Numbered from the whole stretch's first letter, positions 1-13,769 are shown. The stretch is 61,078 nt of DNA, filler included, from Basidiobolus ranarum (GCA_040143965.1; 14 parts of 14 records of this genome joined end to end with filler, not necessarily neighbours in it), one strand, 5' to 3'. A program made the numbers and translations. Notes: generated by a model from the letters alone, not told the origin.

Positions 1-921
1 TGTTGAATGTCAATGTGCTTACTTCTAGCATGAAACTTGGGATTTTTAGCCAAAGAAATACAACTTTGATTATCCTTGAAAATTATGGTGGGTGAACTTC
101 ACAAAACACCCAAGTCTTTAAACAGTTTCCTTAGCCACATAGCCTCCTTTGTTGTATGAGATGCTACCGTGTATTCTGCGTCAGTTGTTGAAAGTGCTAT
201 GGTGGGTTATTTCTTGCTATTCCAAGATATGGCTGCTTCACTATAAAGAAAGGTATATCCAGTGATAGATCTTCTGTCCTCAATATCACATCCCCAATCT
301 GCAACACTCAAACCAATTAGATCCTTATTCTCATAAGAATATGTGTATCTTAGTCCCAGATCAATTGTCCCCTTCAAATATCTGAAAATCCACTTAACTG
401 CTGCATGATGCTCAGATCCTGGGTTTTACACATGCTGGCTGACTACTCCCGCTGTAAAAGAGATATCTAGCCAGGTTCCACTCATAGCATAGATCAAACA
501 ACCTACCATAGATTGATAAGGGAACTCAGGGCTTGCAAATGACATATTTTGAGGCATATTTTGCTGATTTTCATCAGTTTTGAAGGGATTTTGACTAGTT
601 TCACACCTGGATCCATGGGAGTTGCTACTGGCTTCCAATTCTCCATCCTGTAACGTCTGAGAATGTCTGATATGTATTTAGATTGATTCAGAGTAATAGA
701 TTTACTCAATATATCTGTATGGATCTGCAGACCTATAAAATGTGTAAGTTCACCAAAATTGGTCATCTTGCATTGGACTGATAGTTCTCTTTTGGTGTTC
801 TTGAGAGCTTCATAATTATTGGTAGCTATAATCAGATCATGAAATTAAACTTTACTACAGGAGCAAATATTTCATTGTAGTTTACTCCTTCCATTTAAGA
901 GTATCCTTTAGCCACAAGTCG
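1..921 (-). mobile_element. Ty1/Copia RT-RNase H remnant
   Basis: Translated pieces LVAKGYS, LNQSKYISDILRRYRMENWKPVATPMD, PYQSMVGCLIYAMSGT and ADWG-x-DIEDRRSITGY. Positions 1-330 are nearly identical to 1846-2175. Contains stops, frameshifts and an internal deletion. Confidence 0.93.
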
Positions 922-1673
922 TATTGGGAAAATATGGCTCTTTGGAGGAACTTTAGAAAAGTGGAGTTATGAATAGTTTTGTGAGATAATTGTTTATTGT
1001 CCAGAAATAAAGCATTTATACATTTTGGTGGAAATACAGAAAATAGCACTGGGGTTGTGTTCAGAACATCTGTGGGAGTTAAATGAGCTATCTTTGGGGC
1101 AATTTGGACAAGTTTGAAATTTCTAATATGGAATTGCTAATTCTCACATTATTCACATATATATATAATATATGTTCCAATTTTCAGCTAAGTGATATTT
1201 GACTGGGTAATGTCAACTAACTTATATGTGATATTTGAAATAGTTAGGTGTATAAAGATAGAGATAACAAATTTGATAAAGACAATAAACTTCAATATTG
1301 GGAAAATATGGGCTGTTTGGAGGAACTTTAGAAAAGTGGAGTTGAGAATATCTTTGTGAGATAATTGTTTATTGTCCAGAAATAAAGCATTTATACTTTT
1401 TGGTGGAAATGTAGAGAACTAACACTGGGGTTGTGTTCAGAACATCTGTGGGAGTTAAATGAGCTATCTTTGGGGCAATTTGGACAAGTTTGAAATTTCC
1501 ATTATGGAATTGCTAATTCTCACATTAGTCACGTATATATATAATGTATGTTCCGATTTTCAGCTAAGTGATATTTGACTAAGTAATGTTAGCTAACTTA
1601 TGTGTGATATATGAAATAGTTAGGTGTATAAAGATAGAGGCAACAAATATGACAAAGACAATAAACTTCAACA
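922..1673 (-). repeat. Two tandem copies of LTR family A (about 375 bp each; 922-1297 and 1296-1673)
   Basis: Direct repeat visible by eye. On the minus strand the 1296-1673 copy runs TGTTGAAGTTTATTG...TTTTCCCAATA; the 922-1297 copy starts TATTGAAG at the shared junction TA. Follows the Copia PPT. Other copies at 40221-40592 and 49367-49743. Confidence 0.9.
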
Positions 1674-1680
1674 TTCAACA

Positions 1681-1690
1681 CTCCCACTCA
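1681..1690 (-). promoter_or_regulatory. Polypurine tract of Copia element (TGAGTGGGAG)
   Basis: Lies between the RNase H stop (1692) and the TGTTGAA LTR start. A related GAGTGGGA tract occurs at about 20674-20682. Confidence 0.8.
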
Positions 1691-1691
1691 A

Positions 1692-4283
1692 CTAAAAATT
1701 CATATATCTTAATCCTAACTTAAATCTTAATTCTTCAAATTTTGGCTTGGGTAATGGTTTGGTAAGGATGTCGGTAATCATGTCCTCAGTTGGACAGTAC
1801 TGTAGTTGGACATGCTTATTCTCAATAGCTTCCCTAACAAAGTGATGTTGAATGTCAATATGCTTACTTCTAGCATGAAACTTGGGATTTTTAGCTAAAG
1901 AAATACAACTTTGATTCTCCTTGAAAACTTTGGTGGGTGAACTTTGAATAATGCCCAAGTCTTTGAGCAGTTTCCTTAACCACATAGCCTCCTTTGTTGT
2001 ATGTGATGCTGCCATGTATTCTGCATCAGTTGTTGAAAGTGCTATGGTGGGTTGTTTCTTGCTATTCCAAGATATGGCTGCTTCACTATAAAGAAAGGTA
2101 TATCCAGTGATGGATCTTCTGTCCTCAATATCATGTCCCCAATCTGCATCACTAAACCAATTTAGATCCATATTTTCAGGCCCTGGGTGATTGTTTAAGT
2201 CCATACAGTGACTTTTGTAGCTTACGCATATCCTCAGGGTGCTCAGGATCCACAAAACCATCTGGTTGATCCATGAATATATCCTCTTCCATGTCCACAT
2301 TCAAAAAAGCAGTTTTAACATCCATTTAATGGATTTTTAAGCTGTGTTTTGCTGCTACTGCTAGTATGGTTCTGATGGAATTAAACTTTGCTACAGAAGC
2401 AGAAGTTTCATTGTAGTGCACTCCTTCCATTTGAGAGTATCCTTTAGCCACAAGCCTGGCTTTATACCTCTCTAAAGATCCATCATCTTGCTGTTTAACT
2501 TCAAACACCAATTTGCATCCAATTGATTTTTGGTCCTCAGGTACCTTAACCAAAGTCCAAGCTTGGTTATCTACATGCAACTGATACTCCTCTACCATTG
2601 CAGCACTCCAAAGCTTTGTGCTGGGACTCTCTATAGCCTCCTGTACTGATTTGGGTTCTTCAGAAATGGCTAAATTAGCACTAGGCTCCTTTTGGCCAGT
2701 GTGAGAGTAGTAATCTGGCAGAGATCTTGTCCAATTGGATCTCCTAAAATGGGAAATTGGCACTACAACTTCTGGTACCAGTTTAGGCAATGAAACCACC
2801 TCAGGCTTGGTTGAGGAGACTCCAGGTGAGAGATTTTCAGTGCTTTTCTCACTGATCATGATCTGGTGAGAAAAAGATGAATTTTCATCAAATTTTGTTT
2901 GTTTTTCTTGATCCTGGATTGTTTTGATTAAAAATTTTTTTTCTTCAGCAAATTCTATGTCCCTTGACTCGATTAGCTTCTTATTTACAGTGTCATACAG
3001 TCTGTACCCTTTTATCCCATCACAATATCTCAAAAAAAGACATTTCTGGCTTTTTTGGTCTAATTTTGATCTCTTCTGGTCTGGAATCATTGCATATGCA
3101 GTACTTCCAAAAACTCTGCAAATAGCCACATCAGGCTTACTTCCAAACCCAGCAGGATAAGGTGTCATAGCCAATAGAGACCTAGGAGTACATCTATTCC
3201 TAATATATACTGCAGTTGCAACCAATTCAGCCCAGAACTCTTTTGGTAAATCATGAGCATGAAGCATTGATCTTGCCTTTTCCATTATGGATCTGTTTGC
3301 ACATTCTGCTACTCCATTCTGCTGTAGAGAATATGGCTCTGTAGTCTGCTATTTTATCCAATGTGTTGAGCAGAAGTTAAAGAAGAGTTTTGAGGTATAT
3401 TCCCCTCCATTATCAGTATGGATAATCTTAATCTTTAGACCTGTTTCAGTATTCACCATTGCTTTGAACTTCTTGAAGGTATCAAAGGCTTCATCCTTAC
3501 TGGCCAGAAAGTACACCTAAGTATACTTTGTCTTATCATCAATGAAGGTCATAAAATACCTTTTTCTGCCTGAGGATTATGTCTGCATTGGGCCACACAG
3601 ATGTGAGTGAATCAGGCCCAGTTTTTGATCAATTGTGCTCATTCCAGAGCCCACAAACGGCTCTCTATGTTGCCTATCATATAGGTAACCTTCACATAGC
3701 TCCAAATCCAGTGGAATTACAAAAGTTAGTCCCAAAACCATCTTGTTTTTGATTAAATTTCTCATATTTTCATCTCCTAGATGACCCAATCTCCTATGCC
3801 AGATTTTCCAGTCTATCTCTTCAGTAGCAGCAGTATTAACTTGTTCATATATTGGCCTAATACAATGAAGTTTATACAAGTTATTTTGCTTAGCCCCAGA
3901 AGCTACGTAATTCCCTTTTTGATCCCTGACTGCACAGCCATTTTAATCAAAATTAAAGCTATATCCCTCAGATGTAGCTTTACTCACTGATAACAAATGT
4001 TTTGCTATCCCAGGCCCATATAGCACATTTTTCAGTGTCAAATACATGTCCCCAAAGGTGCCCCCAAGATCCACTTCAATTTCTCCCACTCCCAGAGCTT
4101 CTGGTGGCCAGTCTTCTCCCATATAAACCTTTTTGTTTATGTCAGTTTTGAGTGTCTTAAACCAGTTTTTTTGATTAGAGAAATGTTGAGAGGCTCCAGA
4201 ATCAATATACTTCAACCTACAGTCTTGTTCAGAGGTCACTGATAGGGCAGAAATGAATAAAACTTCTTCTTTGGTTGAAACCT
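1692..4283 (-). mobile_element. Ty1/Copia pol pseudogene (protease, GAG-pre-integrase, integrase, RT, RNase H)
   Basis: Motifs in Copia order: YIDSGASQH, WHRRLGHLG, HSHLCGPM, MEKARSML, YKARLVAKGYSQ, SDADWG, SWNSKKQPTIALSTTDAEY, HARSKHIDIQHHFVRE, DILTKPL. Frameshifts, plus an internal RT deletion near 2180. Confidence 0.96.
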
Positions 4284-4383
4284 NNNNNNNNNNNNNNNNN
4301 NNNNNNNNNNNNNNNNNNNNNNNNNNNTTAATTAATTAANNNNNNNNNNNNNNNNNNNNNNNNNNNNNNNNNNNNNNNNNNNN
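4284..4383. other. Artificial contig spacer (44 N + TTAATTAATTAA + 44 N); first of 13
   Basis: Same 100-nt linker (stops in all six frames) also at 8664, 13043, 17418, 21792, 26165, 30536, 34907, 39277, 43640, 48001, 52361 and 56720. Contig lengths fall steadily from 4283 to 4259 bp. Confidence 0.98.
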
Positions 4384-5098
4384 TATTTAACCCGCGAGTC
4401 AGTATCGGAATCAGCGGAAAGAGGACGATACGCCGAACTGCAATGTTTATCAAACGTTTGGCATCTCGTGCCTGAGAGTCATAGATGTCCCCGGAGCTAA
4501 GAATCCTTCGGCTTTGTCGGGCCAATTTAATAACTGTACATACGGATATGACCAACAGGTAGACAGTAGTCAACACAATCCACATATGTTGTGCAAGCCA
4601 CTCCCATAACAGAGTTGATCGAGATCCCAGATCGACGAACCAACAGTTATAAGGACGTATAGGATCGTAGCCCAATTTTTTGGATATAGTAGGACCGGTG
4701 GCTATCAAAGTAGCTGCTAGAAAAGAGCCGCTAACAAAGTATCTTTCAAAATGGCGGATGTTTTTACAGCCTTGTAGAAATACAACCTGAAGGTTGAATG
4801 CGACAGTCACATTGAGGAAAATAAAACTGAGATCTGCCCATAACACCCCCCAAGCGAGGAATACACAAAAAGTACTAGTTCCTGCCATCGTGAAAGCCAG
4901 TATAGAAAATACTGAGTATAGTATGTCTACCCATGCAATTACATACGTGATTCGGAATGAGACTCTGTCTGCCTGTTCCCGATTGTGGACAAACAAATAG
5001 GCTATCCCTGCTATGGTCACGAATGAGCACAGAATAGACAGGAAGTGTAGGACCACAGACATTAACTGGAGAAATTTCTCCTTATCACTTGGTGTCAT
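4384..5098 (-). CDS. GPCR-like 7TM protein (cAMP-receptor/Git3-like), 3' truncated by contig end
   Basis: Successive TM helices, TM3-proximal C (TFCVFLAW), loop motif NCWF, and RRIVLFPLIPIL before TM6. Intact and CpG-rich. Confidence 0.7.
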
Positions 5099-8000
5099 AT
5101 TTGTTTACCGACGATGAAAAATCGGAGCCCAAGGGATCATAAGAAAGGTTTACTTCATTATTTTCTGACCATTTCTCTACCCAGTACATTTAAATACTTG
5201 ACTTGGTACACTGTTTCAGACAGTGGTGGCACCTGACTTTGAAGGTATATATACTCTATGAGCCCTTGTTTTAATAAGTTAAAGCAAGATTTTCTTTTGT
5301 CTCAAATGCCAAACGTAAAAAGAGCACTCAGACGAATCGCCAACACACCTACTCAAAGTGTTCCACATGTAAATGATGAATCGCATAAATTTTATGGGAA
5401 ATGGTATTTTGTTTAATCATACCACAATGACAGATGTCAAACGTTAGCAGATTCATGCAAACTTGATGGACAGCCACCTAAATCTGGAAATTGCCTTCAA
5501 GTGATTTGCTCCGCCTGCCATGATATCTCTGATGACCAACCATCTACAACTATATCCTTGAAGAAGGACTTCGACATGCATTAGTGTCTTTGTTGGGAAA
5601 TTTTACGTTGCAGTCTTGAAGTCATTACATCTGCCATTGCATCATTTAGCAGGTAAAGTAAGGAAGAAGCAATAGTTATAGTGCACTCACAGGTACAATT
5701 CATCAAAAACTGATACTATGATTTATGCTGGGAACTGCACCCTGAGTTGACTTTAACTTGCTGATTTGCCTTCTGGTTGCATAAAAAGGTGCATTCATGA
5801 AAATCAAGTGATCTTACTCCATCAGAAAAAGCATAGTTTATTTATTGCTTAATATACATCTGTAAGCTATATATTCTGAGTTTGGCAGCATCAGACTTTA
5901 CTCTCTAACACTTGAGTAGCAGTGCATCATATCAGCAGTAGTTATATGGGACGATTTCCTACCCACATGTGCATCCTGAGGAGCATGTTGTAGTGAAGGA
6001 TGCTACACATCATGTAAAAGCACAATAATACGTTCACTCCGACAGTCGTAGGTACACTGTGGTAGAAAATAACAACTTTCTGGTTAGTTATCTTAGATAT
6101 TGCTCAAATGGCAATTGGGTGGATTTCACAACGTGATCTACAATTGAGTCACCTCCATACCTGATGTTACGATACAGAAGATTCGAATTCTTCAAGATTA
6201 GCTCATCGTCCATGAGCTAGTCATAAAATTCACTTCAATCGGAGTTTCAAGTCTGTCTTAAGCGAAGTATGCATTGATCATTATCAGCCACCCACCCAAC
6301 TCTTTCCTTACGTTAACAGAAAATAATGTACCAGAGCGAATGATGAGGGGCCTTTCAATAGATGAAATCGAATTTACCACCAACCTTATGCCCAGATGAA
6401 CCCCAAAGCTACCACTCATTACATAGAAGTCAAAGCATCATTTGAATCACTACAACGCATGTTATGGATTTCATCGAAAATGGTATTGACTGAAGAGATG
6501 TCAGCTGATTTGGAACAGGCTGAGAAACCACATTCTCCTTAACCGGATGTCGGTTAATCTTTATTCAATATTGTTGCATGGACTAATTTAGGTTTGGACT
6601 TTCTAATCACTTTAGAGGCTGGGGTCTAGCTGGATTATCTTGATTTATTGACCCAGAATTACGTCATTTATCGCTTTCAATTGAGGTCTCTTTTTTTCAT
6701 ATTGCCATTCAGAGCAACTGTATGGTTTGTCTCTAAATTGCGCAACTACATTCAACCAATACGAATCACTAGCTAACTCTAAGCTACACTTGCATGGAAA
6801 AGTAAATTTAATTATTGAGTGGTTTTACTTGCGACAAAGCAAGTGTCAGGCGTCCATACAAGTAGATGGAGCACTAGCGCGAAGTTACCGAATCTTGGTA
6901 AGTTGAATTGCTCACCTACAATACCGTCTCAAAGCATCCAACCAGATCCTGGCTATTGTTTCGACAACCTGTGCTGGGTAGGGGGCTTATACGATGGTAA
7001 GATTACACCTGTACACGATCAAGCAAAGAAAGCCTGTTATGACACAACTGGATGAGAGGGCCATTTTCGCCTTCGCTTGAGTAGGAAAATGATATGTCTA
7101 TCCGCCCAACCGATGAGAAATCATTTACTTGCAGGCAACACAATCTCTGTGAAACATGGGAATGGAAGGCTTAGGTTTTACATACGGAAGCACATCGCTC
7201 GACAGCTGGATCCACCAAAATTAATTGATTTCACACGACAAAGTTAGCGATATGTGACAGCTTATAACAACGTTTTAAACGTTACTCACTAGGACCGATT
7301 ATCTGAGTACCTCTGCATCCACTTGTCGTATAACAACAGTGTGCGTACGTAAATCTCCTTGATCATTAATCGTATTCCCACTTCATGATCTATATCTCCT
7401 AAATTTGGAGAAATGAGAGTCAAGTGAAACAACAGGAGGAATTAGACGATCAATGTTTAGGATGGACTTCCACCACACCTCTTAGGAGACTGCAGCTCAC
7501 CCCCTAATGTAGCCTTCGTAGATGGGCGAGAATGAAGTCTGAGCTAACGTGTAGGATATTCAGGTTAAGGCGGACTTGCAACTGTCACACTTTATGCTCG
7601 AAAGCCCAATCCGGAGCTCTCCATGGAACATGGGGAACGTTCACTGCAAATTGTTTGTTGTCCATCAATTTAGAAATGCACATTAGTCATGGCTAATAAT
7701 CTGTCGAATGAACGGGTGTGCTCAGAGAGCAAATAAAGAACCACAAAGGCAACTTCAACCAATGGATCTATCTTACCATCCAATGGAAAGAGTATTCTAA
7801 GTTATTTTGATCTTTCTGGGTGTGGAGGTGACAAAGAGAGACATCAAGGTGGAGGGTGAAGTGGTCTGGGAAATCTTAAGTGAAGATGCAGAGAACATAT
7901 CAGGTGTTTTGTGTGATCGAACGAATTATCCACCTCGAATCACTCAAACCGTCTTGTCATTGGCAATTAAAGCAATCAATTCCAGCACAGATGCTAGCCA

Positions 8001-8763
8001 ATAATACTTGACGCACCACCAGCCTGACGGTCTGACTTGACCAGGTTGTTGGACTAAGCATTGCTTCTCTGGGAACTGTACTCCCAGAGCTAATGAAATT
8101 TGTGATCAAAGAACAGTACATCCACGAGCAGATATTCTGAAATGATCGGAGAATTATAAAGAACAATATCGTATTTCAAGAGCATCTTTCCTCTTAATAG
8201 TTCCTTATCTTCGTGTTCTAGATGGCTGAGAAATCGTCTCTAGCCAATGGCATCCCCCAGAAGGCTGAGCAGCCATCAGGTGACTGTTGTTCACCTGGTT
8301 TGTACTCAGTACTTGACCTTCCAAGGCAATCAAATAGGCTCTCGGTTGGAGGGCATTGCGGGTAGCAAGCCACTGCTTACCGTGATATACCCTGCTGGAA
8401 TGAGTAAGTACCGCTAGGAGTGCTTCTAACCTCAATGTTCAGTAGGTTCATACTTTTATTGCAACCCAGTCCATCTAATGTTGCTCAGTTGATTCATAAA
8501 TATATATTCCAGTTACGTAATTTACCCATCCTAGGCTTATGGGTTGACAGATCCATTATCCTCACAATGAGCCAGTCCAGTTTAATTCTTTATTTAGACA
8601 AATGCTGGTTCGATGTATTTATACCTGCATCCTTGATTCTCCACTGAACTTGGGCGCCGCTATNNNNNNNNNNNNNNNNNNNNNNNNNNNNNNNNNNNNN
8701 NNNNNNNTTAATTAATTAANNNNNNNNNNNNNNNNNNNNNNNNNNNNNNNNNNNNNNNNNNNN

Positions 8764-11390
8764 CTCCTCGATTCCAAGAGACTCTAGACTTGGCATACTG
8801 ACTGGCTTCTCTTTGCAAACTTCCCAAAATTGCAATAAGAATGAGCGATCATACTGAAGTTTTCCCGTTTCCCTAACTGAAGAAGGCGCCTGGATGTTAG
8901 GAGGGTAAGATACATGATTCATTTGCTCATGATTAAGTACGCTTGGTACAGGAAGGGTAACATCTGATTTATTCGAAACCACATTTTTCTCTTCTAGGGT
9001 TTCCTTTGGTTCATCTTCAATGCTTATCTCCTCATCTACATTGTCCGATTCATTAACAATAGGTTTTTCTGCCTCTTCAATGGGATCTGGTATACTATCT
9101 AATTTTTCATCGGACGGTTCCGGGCGGCTGTCCAAGTTAGTGACGAGTGTTTTTTCTAATTCAACCGACGGCTCTGGCTCTTGTTCCACAGAACACTCAA
9201 CAGAGTCCACAGTTTGGATGTGTGGCTTGGACTCTTCAAAATTACCGTTGATTTCGTCATTTTTATGAGAAGACTCGACTGGTAAGGTAGTAGTTGGTGT
9301 AATATCATTTGCATCCATTGTTGCTTTATCTTCTTCAATACTAGTAACAATATCACCACTGCTTTGTTGGGTTTCTTGTACAATATTGGGTTCGTGATCG
9401 TCAGGTTGAGTTTTAAGAATTGAAGGCACTTCATTTGATACAGACTTCTCTTCAAGAACTGACTCCTCTGGCTTGATTTCAAGATCGATAGATGTTTCCG
9501 TATCTTTGATACTTTGTTTAGAAATCTCGTCTGTATTCATTACATCTACAATTGCACTTTGATTCTCTGAAACGGGAGTTATGATATCTTCTTTTATCTC
9601 TAACTCTTGTACGATGCTCTTGACATCTTCCTTTTCGTCATGGTCATCCGAATTATGAGATTTAGTAGCTGGATTAACGATTGGTATAGCTTTAGAAATC
9701 TTTTTCTGGGGTACACTAAAGAATTCAGCATCGGAATCCAGAGATTTAGGATCTCTATCTTTCTTCTCTACTGGTTTCTCCGTAATGGGGAGATGTTCAA
9801 TGGAAGGGGATTTTTTCGATATGTTAACTACACCACCTGTTTCTGGATTCACAATTTTCACCGCCTTACTTTGCTTGGGTTGGGGTGCTACAAACACGTT
9901 TGAACTGGACGGGACTCGTTGCTGAGGGATACCCCCAGGCATATGAGGTATAATTCCATACGGCATTGGATATACTGGTCTGTAGAAGGCCTGTTGCGTT
10001 GAAGGATCAAACTGTGCAGGATAGCCAGCGTATTGATAAGGATACTAGATGTAAAAGAAGTGTTAATAGAACTGATGTCAAATGAATATGTCAAAGCAGT
10101 ATCTTTCTCAAATATACATACATATGGTGCACCCCAAGTTTGAACCGGAGTACCTGGAGGAATCCCCATGGACATCGGTGACATACTAGGTGATAAAGTG
10201 ACATGAGGAATCGGAGGAGTAAGTGGGATTTGAGCTGGACTAAGACCAGGCTTCTCTCTACCTCTTTGCTGTGGAGAAGTGAAAGATCCGTGGATTACAG
10301 GGCCACTATTCATGATTGGGGAAGCCATATTCATAGATATAGGGGATTGTGGATATGGTGGACGAATGTGTGTTTGGAGAGGTGAGGGGTGAGGTTGATG
10401 CATCTGTAAGGGAGATTGAGGATGGAAATGTTGGGGCTGTTGGTGAGGGTGTGGAGCATGGTGTACAGTAGGAGAAGACATGTTCGGTGGTCTCGGGGAT
10501 TGTTGTGGTGTCCGATGAATAGACTGAGGTTCCGGATATCCATTGGGATGGATAATATGTGATTTTGACTTTGAACCGTCATTCAATGGTTGACCTCTGT
10601 AATTGGTATTTGTTGGATTTTTCGAATGGTAGTTACCATAAGATTTGTTTGGGTTATCTGGGTGACGACTGTGAGGTTGTGGAGAGTTTGGTCCACCACG
10701 AGGGCCATTTTGGTATCTTATGTTATTTCCCCCTACTGGTCTGATAAGTGGAGGGGGCCTTGGTGAAGGTTGTAATGGAGAGGACTTCAAAAAGATTAGG
10801 TATAATATCTTTGTAATTTTTCAATAGTACAAAACGCTTACCATTGCTTCTTTGGGAATTACAACTGGCGAAGTCGGATTATTGCCGAAAGGTCGTTCAG
10901 AATTTAAAGGACCTTGACCAAGGGTTCCAAATTGAATACCAGGAGCTATATTGAAATCATATTAAGAGAGTTGGAAACAGATACACAACAAAATATATCA
11001 AGTCTACCTGTAGCACCAGGATTGAGGTGAGAGGGGTTCTCTACAGACTTTGAAAATGGTTTTTTACCCCAGGCATTATTACTAGAGTTCAGATGTGGAG
11101 GGTTCCGTGGCCCTGATCTAATAATACAATTGGTATTAAGGAAAATTGTAATAGAATAGTTGCAGTAAAGTTTATCCAACTAATTGTAAAAAATAAGGAT
11201 ACGGGTATTGTGTTGTCCTTCCCGAGGTAGAAGGAGTCCCATTTGTATTTTTGTGTTGTGCAGACGGAATAACAGGTACAGTTTCTGCTTGAGTGGATTT
11301 CAATTGAGTAGTAGGTGACTGTCTAGTGGTTTGAGCATATGTAATTTGAGGCGGTGCACCATTACTGAAATTATTGGACTTTCGGTTCAT
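8764..11390 (-). CDS. TIF4631: Translation initiation factor eIF4G, multi-exon N-terminal half (truncated by contig end)
   Basis: Canonical eIF4E-binding motif YDRSFLL followed by QFWEVCKEKP; KAVKIVNPETG and KAIPIVNP motifs; Pro/Gln-rich N-terminus. ATG at 11390 and the intron boundaries are inferred. Confidence 0.85.
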
Positions 11391-12634
11391 AACTAGTGAT
11401 GCTTTGAGGTGCAAACCGTTAAGGTTTAAAGACTTGAAACAATAGAGTAGACCAGGGTTTGATTGAACGCACGTTTAGGTGCCAGCAGTCAGGGGGTATT
11501 CTGAGGATAGAATGGATTAATGAATTAAATCTAGAAATATGCGATGTTACCTCCATATTAGCCGAATTAATTCCAGGCGCATCTTTTCGATAGTTATTGA
11601 AGTCCCAAATATATTAAGTTCAGTAGTTTAGTCATTAAAGCAATATAAATCATCATCCATTAGATGGAAGATTGTAGCGGCAGAGTGACTTCACTTTCCT
11701 GTCCACACATTTTGGAAGCTAAGCTAATGTACAGTCCCAGTCTATAGAGTAGGTATCCTTGGAATACGGCTAGGATTTAGTTAAGGTACAGTTAGGCCCG
11801 CCACATAATATAGGCGCATGTAAGATTATCGCTGCTAATGTTAGATACGGCGGTTCAAACCAGATCGAATAACAACTCCACCAATCAGTCTCCATTCCAA
11901 CAATGTGGAAATCTATGGGATTCCTTGACAATGTCATCTCACTTCACTTTGATCCCAATCTCCTCATGAAATCTTAGGGAACTTGGAGATGATTTCAATA
12001 TATTTATGCTAACCAATCACTGTATTCCTCTCCTAGTTATTTCGTAAGGACGACTGTCATTTACTCATCTTTGGGAACAAAGGCTATAGTAGTATGCTTG
12101 AGAGCCTTCACTCCGAGCTGACGTCATCGTATGTAAATATGGATTAATTCTAGGTAACAGTCGCACTACCCAATCAACGCAACAAGAAGCGAAAATACCA
12201 GTCAATTTCCCATGATTTGGAGCAATTTAGAGTGATTTTCAATAATTGGCATTATTATATATATTATTAGCATTATGCTGTGTAACCCATTTGATATGGT
12301 ACCACACTAAAACCAAATGAATCCTTCCAGAGAATCCCGCTGTCAATGGATAAGTAACCTATCAATGAAGGCCAACCAAGGTTAAGAGTGATGCTACCAT
12401 TATATTTCCTCAATTGACTCGCGGGTTAGACTTAGATGCTGTTCTAGCTCTCCAACAGGATCGAATATGATGCTTAGATGTAGACACATTTTATAGAAAG
12501 GGGAATATCGGCTGAACAGGTATGATTTATGTTGTGTGTGGCATTTGAGTGAGATGGATTTAGATTAGCTAGTAATGAAAGCAACAGGTATTGTTGTTGT
12601 GTTATTGTGGTAAAAAACATGACTAAATAGATGG

Positions 12635-13042
12635 TTATGCCCATGCATTGACCATCAATTTTTGTACAGCAAGTAGAGCTTGATATCTAACATCCGAGTT
12701 CTCATGCACCATAAGTTCCATGATGCGTTGCTTTGTTCCGATGTCTTGGATTACTTTCTTGCCATTGGCGAAATGCTTCACATATTGTCCAACATCGTGA
12801 GCTCCGACAGCCAAGACGAGAGGGTCGCTAGAGGTGACGAGAAGTCTTCCAAGGCGTCTAGGAACAACGGTAAAATTCAGTTCTAGCAATGAATTGAAGT
12901 AGTTAGTTTAAACACTGATGCTTACCTCAGTAATTCATAGTCATTCTCATTGAGACGGCTACTATTTTGCACCCAGAACTGCTCTGATTGATGAGGAGGT
13001 GACCATGACAATTTGCCGGAATCCAATTCACTTACATACTCA
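12635..13042 (-). CDS. VMA13: V-type ATPase subunit H, 3' end (intron 12925-12858)
   Basis: Spliced product EYVSELDSGKLSWSPPHQSEQFWVQN...ELLR/RLGRLL...VLAVGAHDVGQYVKH...KQRIMELMVHENSDVRYQALLAVQKLM. Confidence 0.95.
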
Positions 13043-13142
13043 NNNNNNNNNNNNNNNNNNNNNNNNNNNNNNNNNNNNNNNNNNNNTTAATTAATTAANN
13101 NNNNNNNNNNNNNNNNNNNNNNNNNNNNNNNNNNNNNNNNNN

Positions 13143-13246
13143 AAAACTATAAATGTCAACTTTCTACTCAATAAATCAATAAGTGAAAACCACCAATTCC
13201 TCTAATTCTCCAAACCACTTCCAACAGGCTCCCAAATACTTTAACA
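13143..13246 (+). repeat. LTR family B, 3' part
   Basis: Ends CCAAACCACTTCCAACAGGCTCCCAAATACTTTAACA, like the other family-B LTRs. Confidence 0.85.
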
Positions 13247-13730
13247 AAAGGACTATTATTTCTCAATGGATTTGTAGCTGGAACCACCACCAGAATCATG
13301 ATTGACTTATGAGCATCACATGAGTGCATGTCCTCTCAGTTTGCCAACAAAGCAATAATCTACTCAGAGTCTATACCCTAATAAGAGACTTGTTGGTTGA
13401 CCTAAAGTTAGGGTAGGGTTAACTCAGTATCTTAACCATTAGAGACACTTCTGCAGATGGAAGAGCTCACTGTATATCTCAAGTCACAAGTCCCTTGCAG
13501 AACTCTATTGGGGAACACCACAGTGACATACAAACCTACTTATTTGAAAGCTGCAATTTTTACTTTGTGCTTTGAAAGACTTGGCTATTTCAGCATAATC
13601 CAAATATTGACTGGAGAACTCATGAATATATCAGACCAAGCAAGGCAACATGGGGAACCCCAGTCTTGTTTGTCCAGAAGAAAGATGGGACCCTCAGAAT
13701 GTGTGTGAATTGTAAAGCATTGAACTCAGT
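13247..13730 (+). mobile_element. Ty3/Gypsy protease and RT fragments
   Basis: LFLNGFVAG...IMIDL*ASH (decayed aspartic protease) and WGTPVLFVQKKDGTLRMCVNCKALN (RT N-terminus). Confidence 0.8.
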
Positions 13731-13769
13731 CTACAGCAATGTGATAGTACTGAATACAAAAGCTCAGCC

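Noticed and set aside
6819-7065. DQAKKACYDTTG*EG resembling a J-domain C-terminus
   Set aside because: No HPD motif or upstream helices found; too short to support.
7800-8663. Cluster of short ORFs, possible decayed gene
   Set aside because: No consistent frame or recognisable motif.
11795-11870. GGTTCAAACC B-box-like sequence (possible tRNA)
   Set aside because: No cloverleaf can be folded around it.
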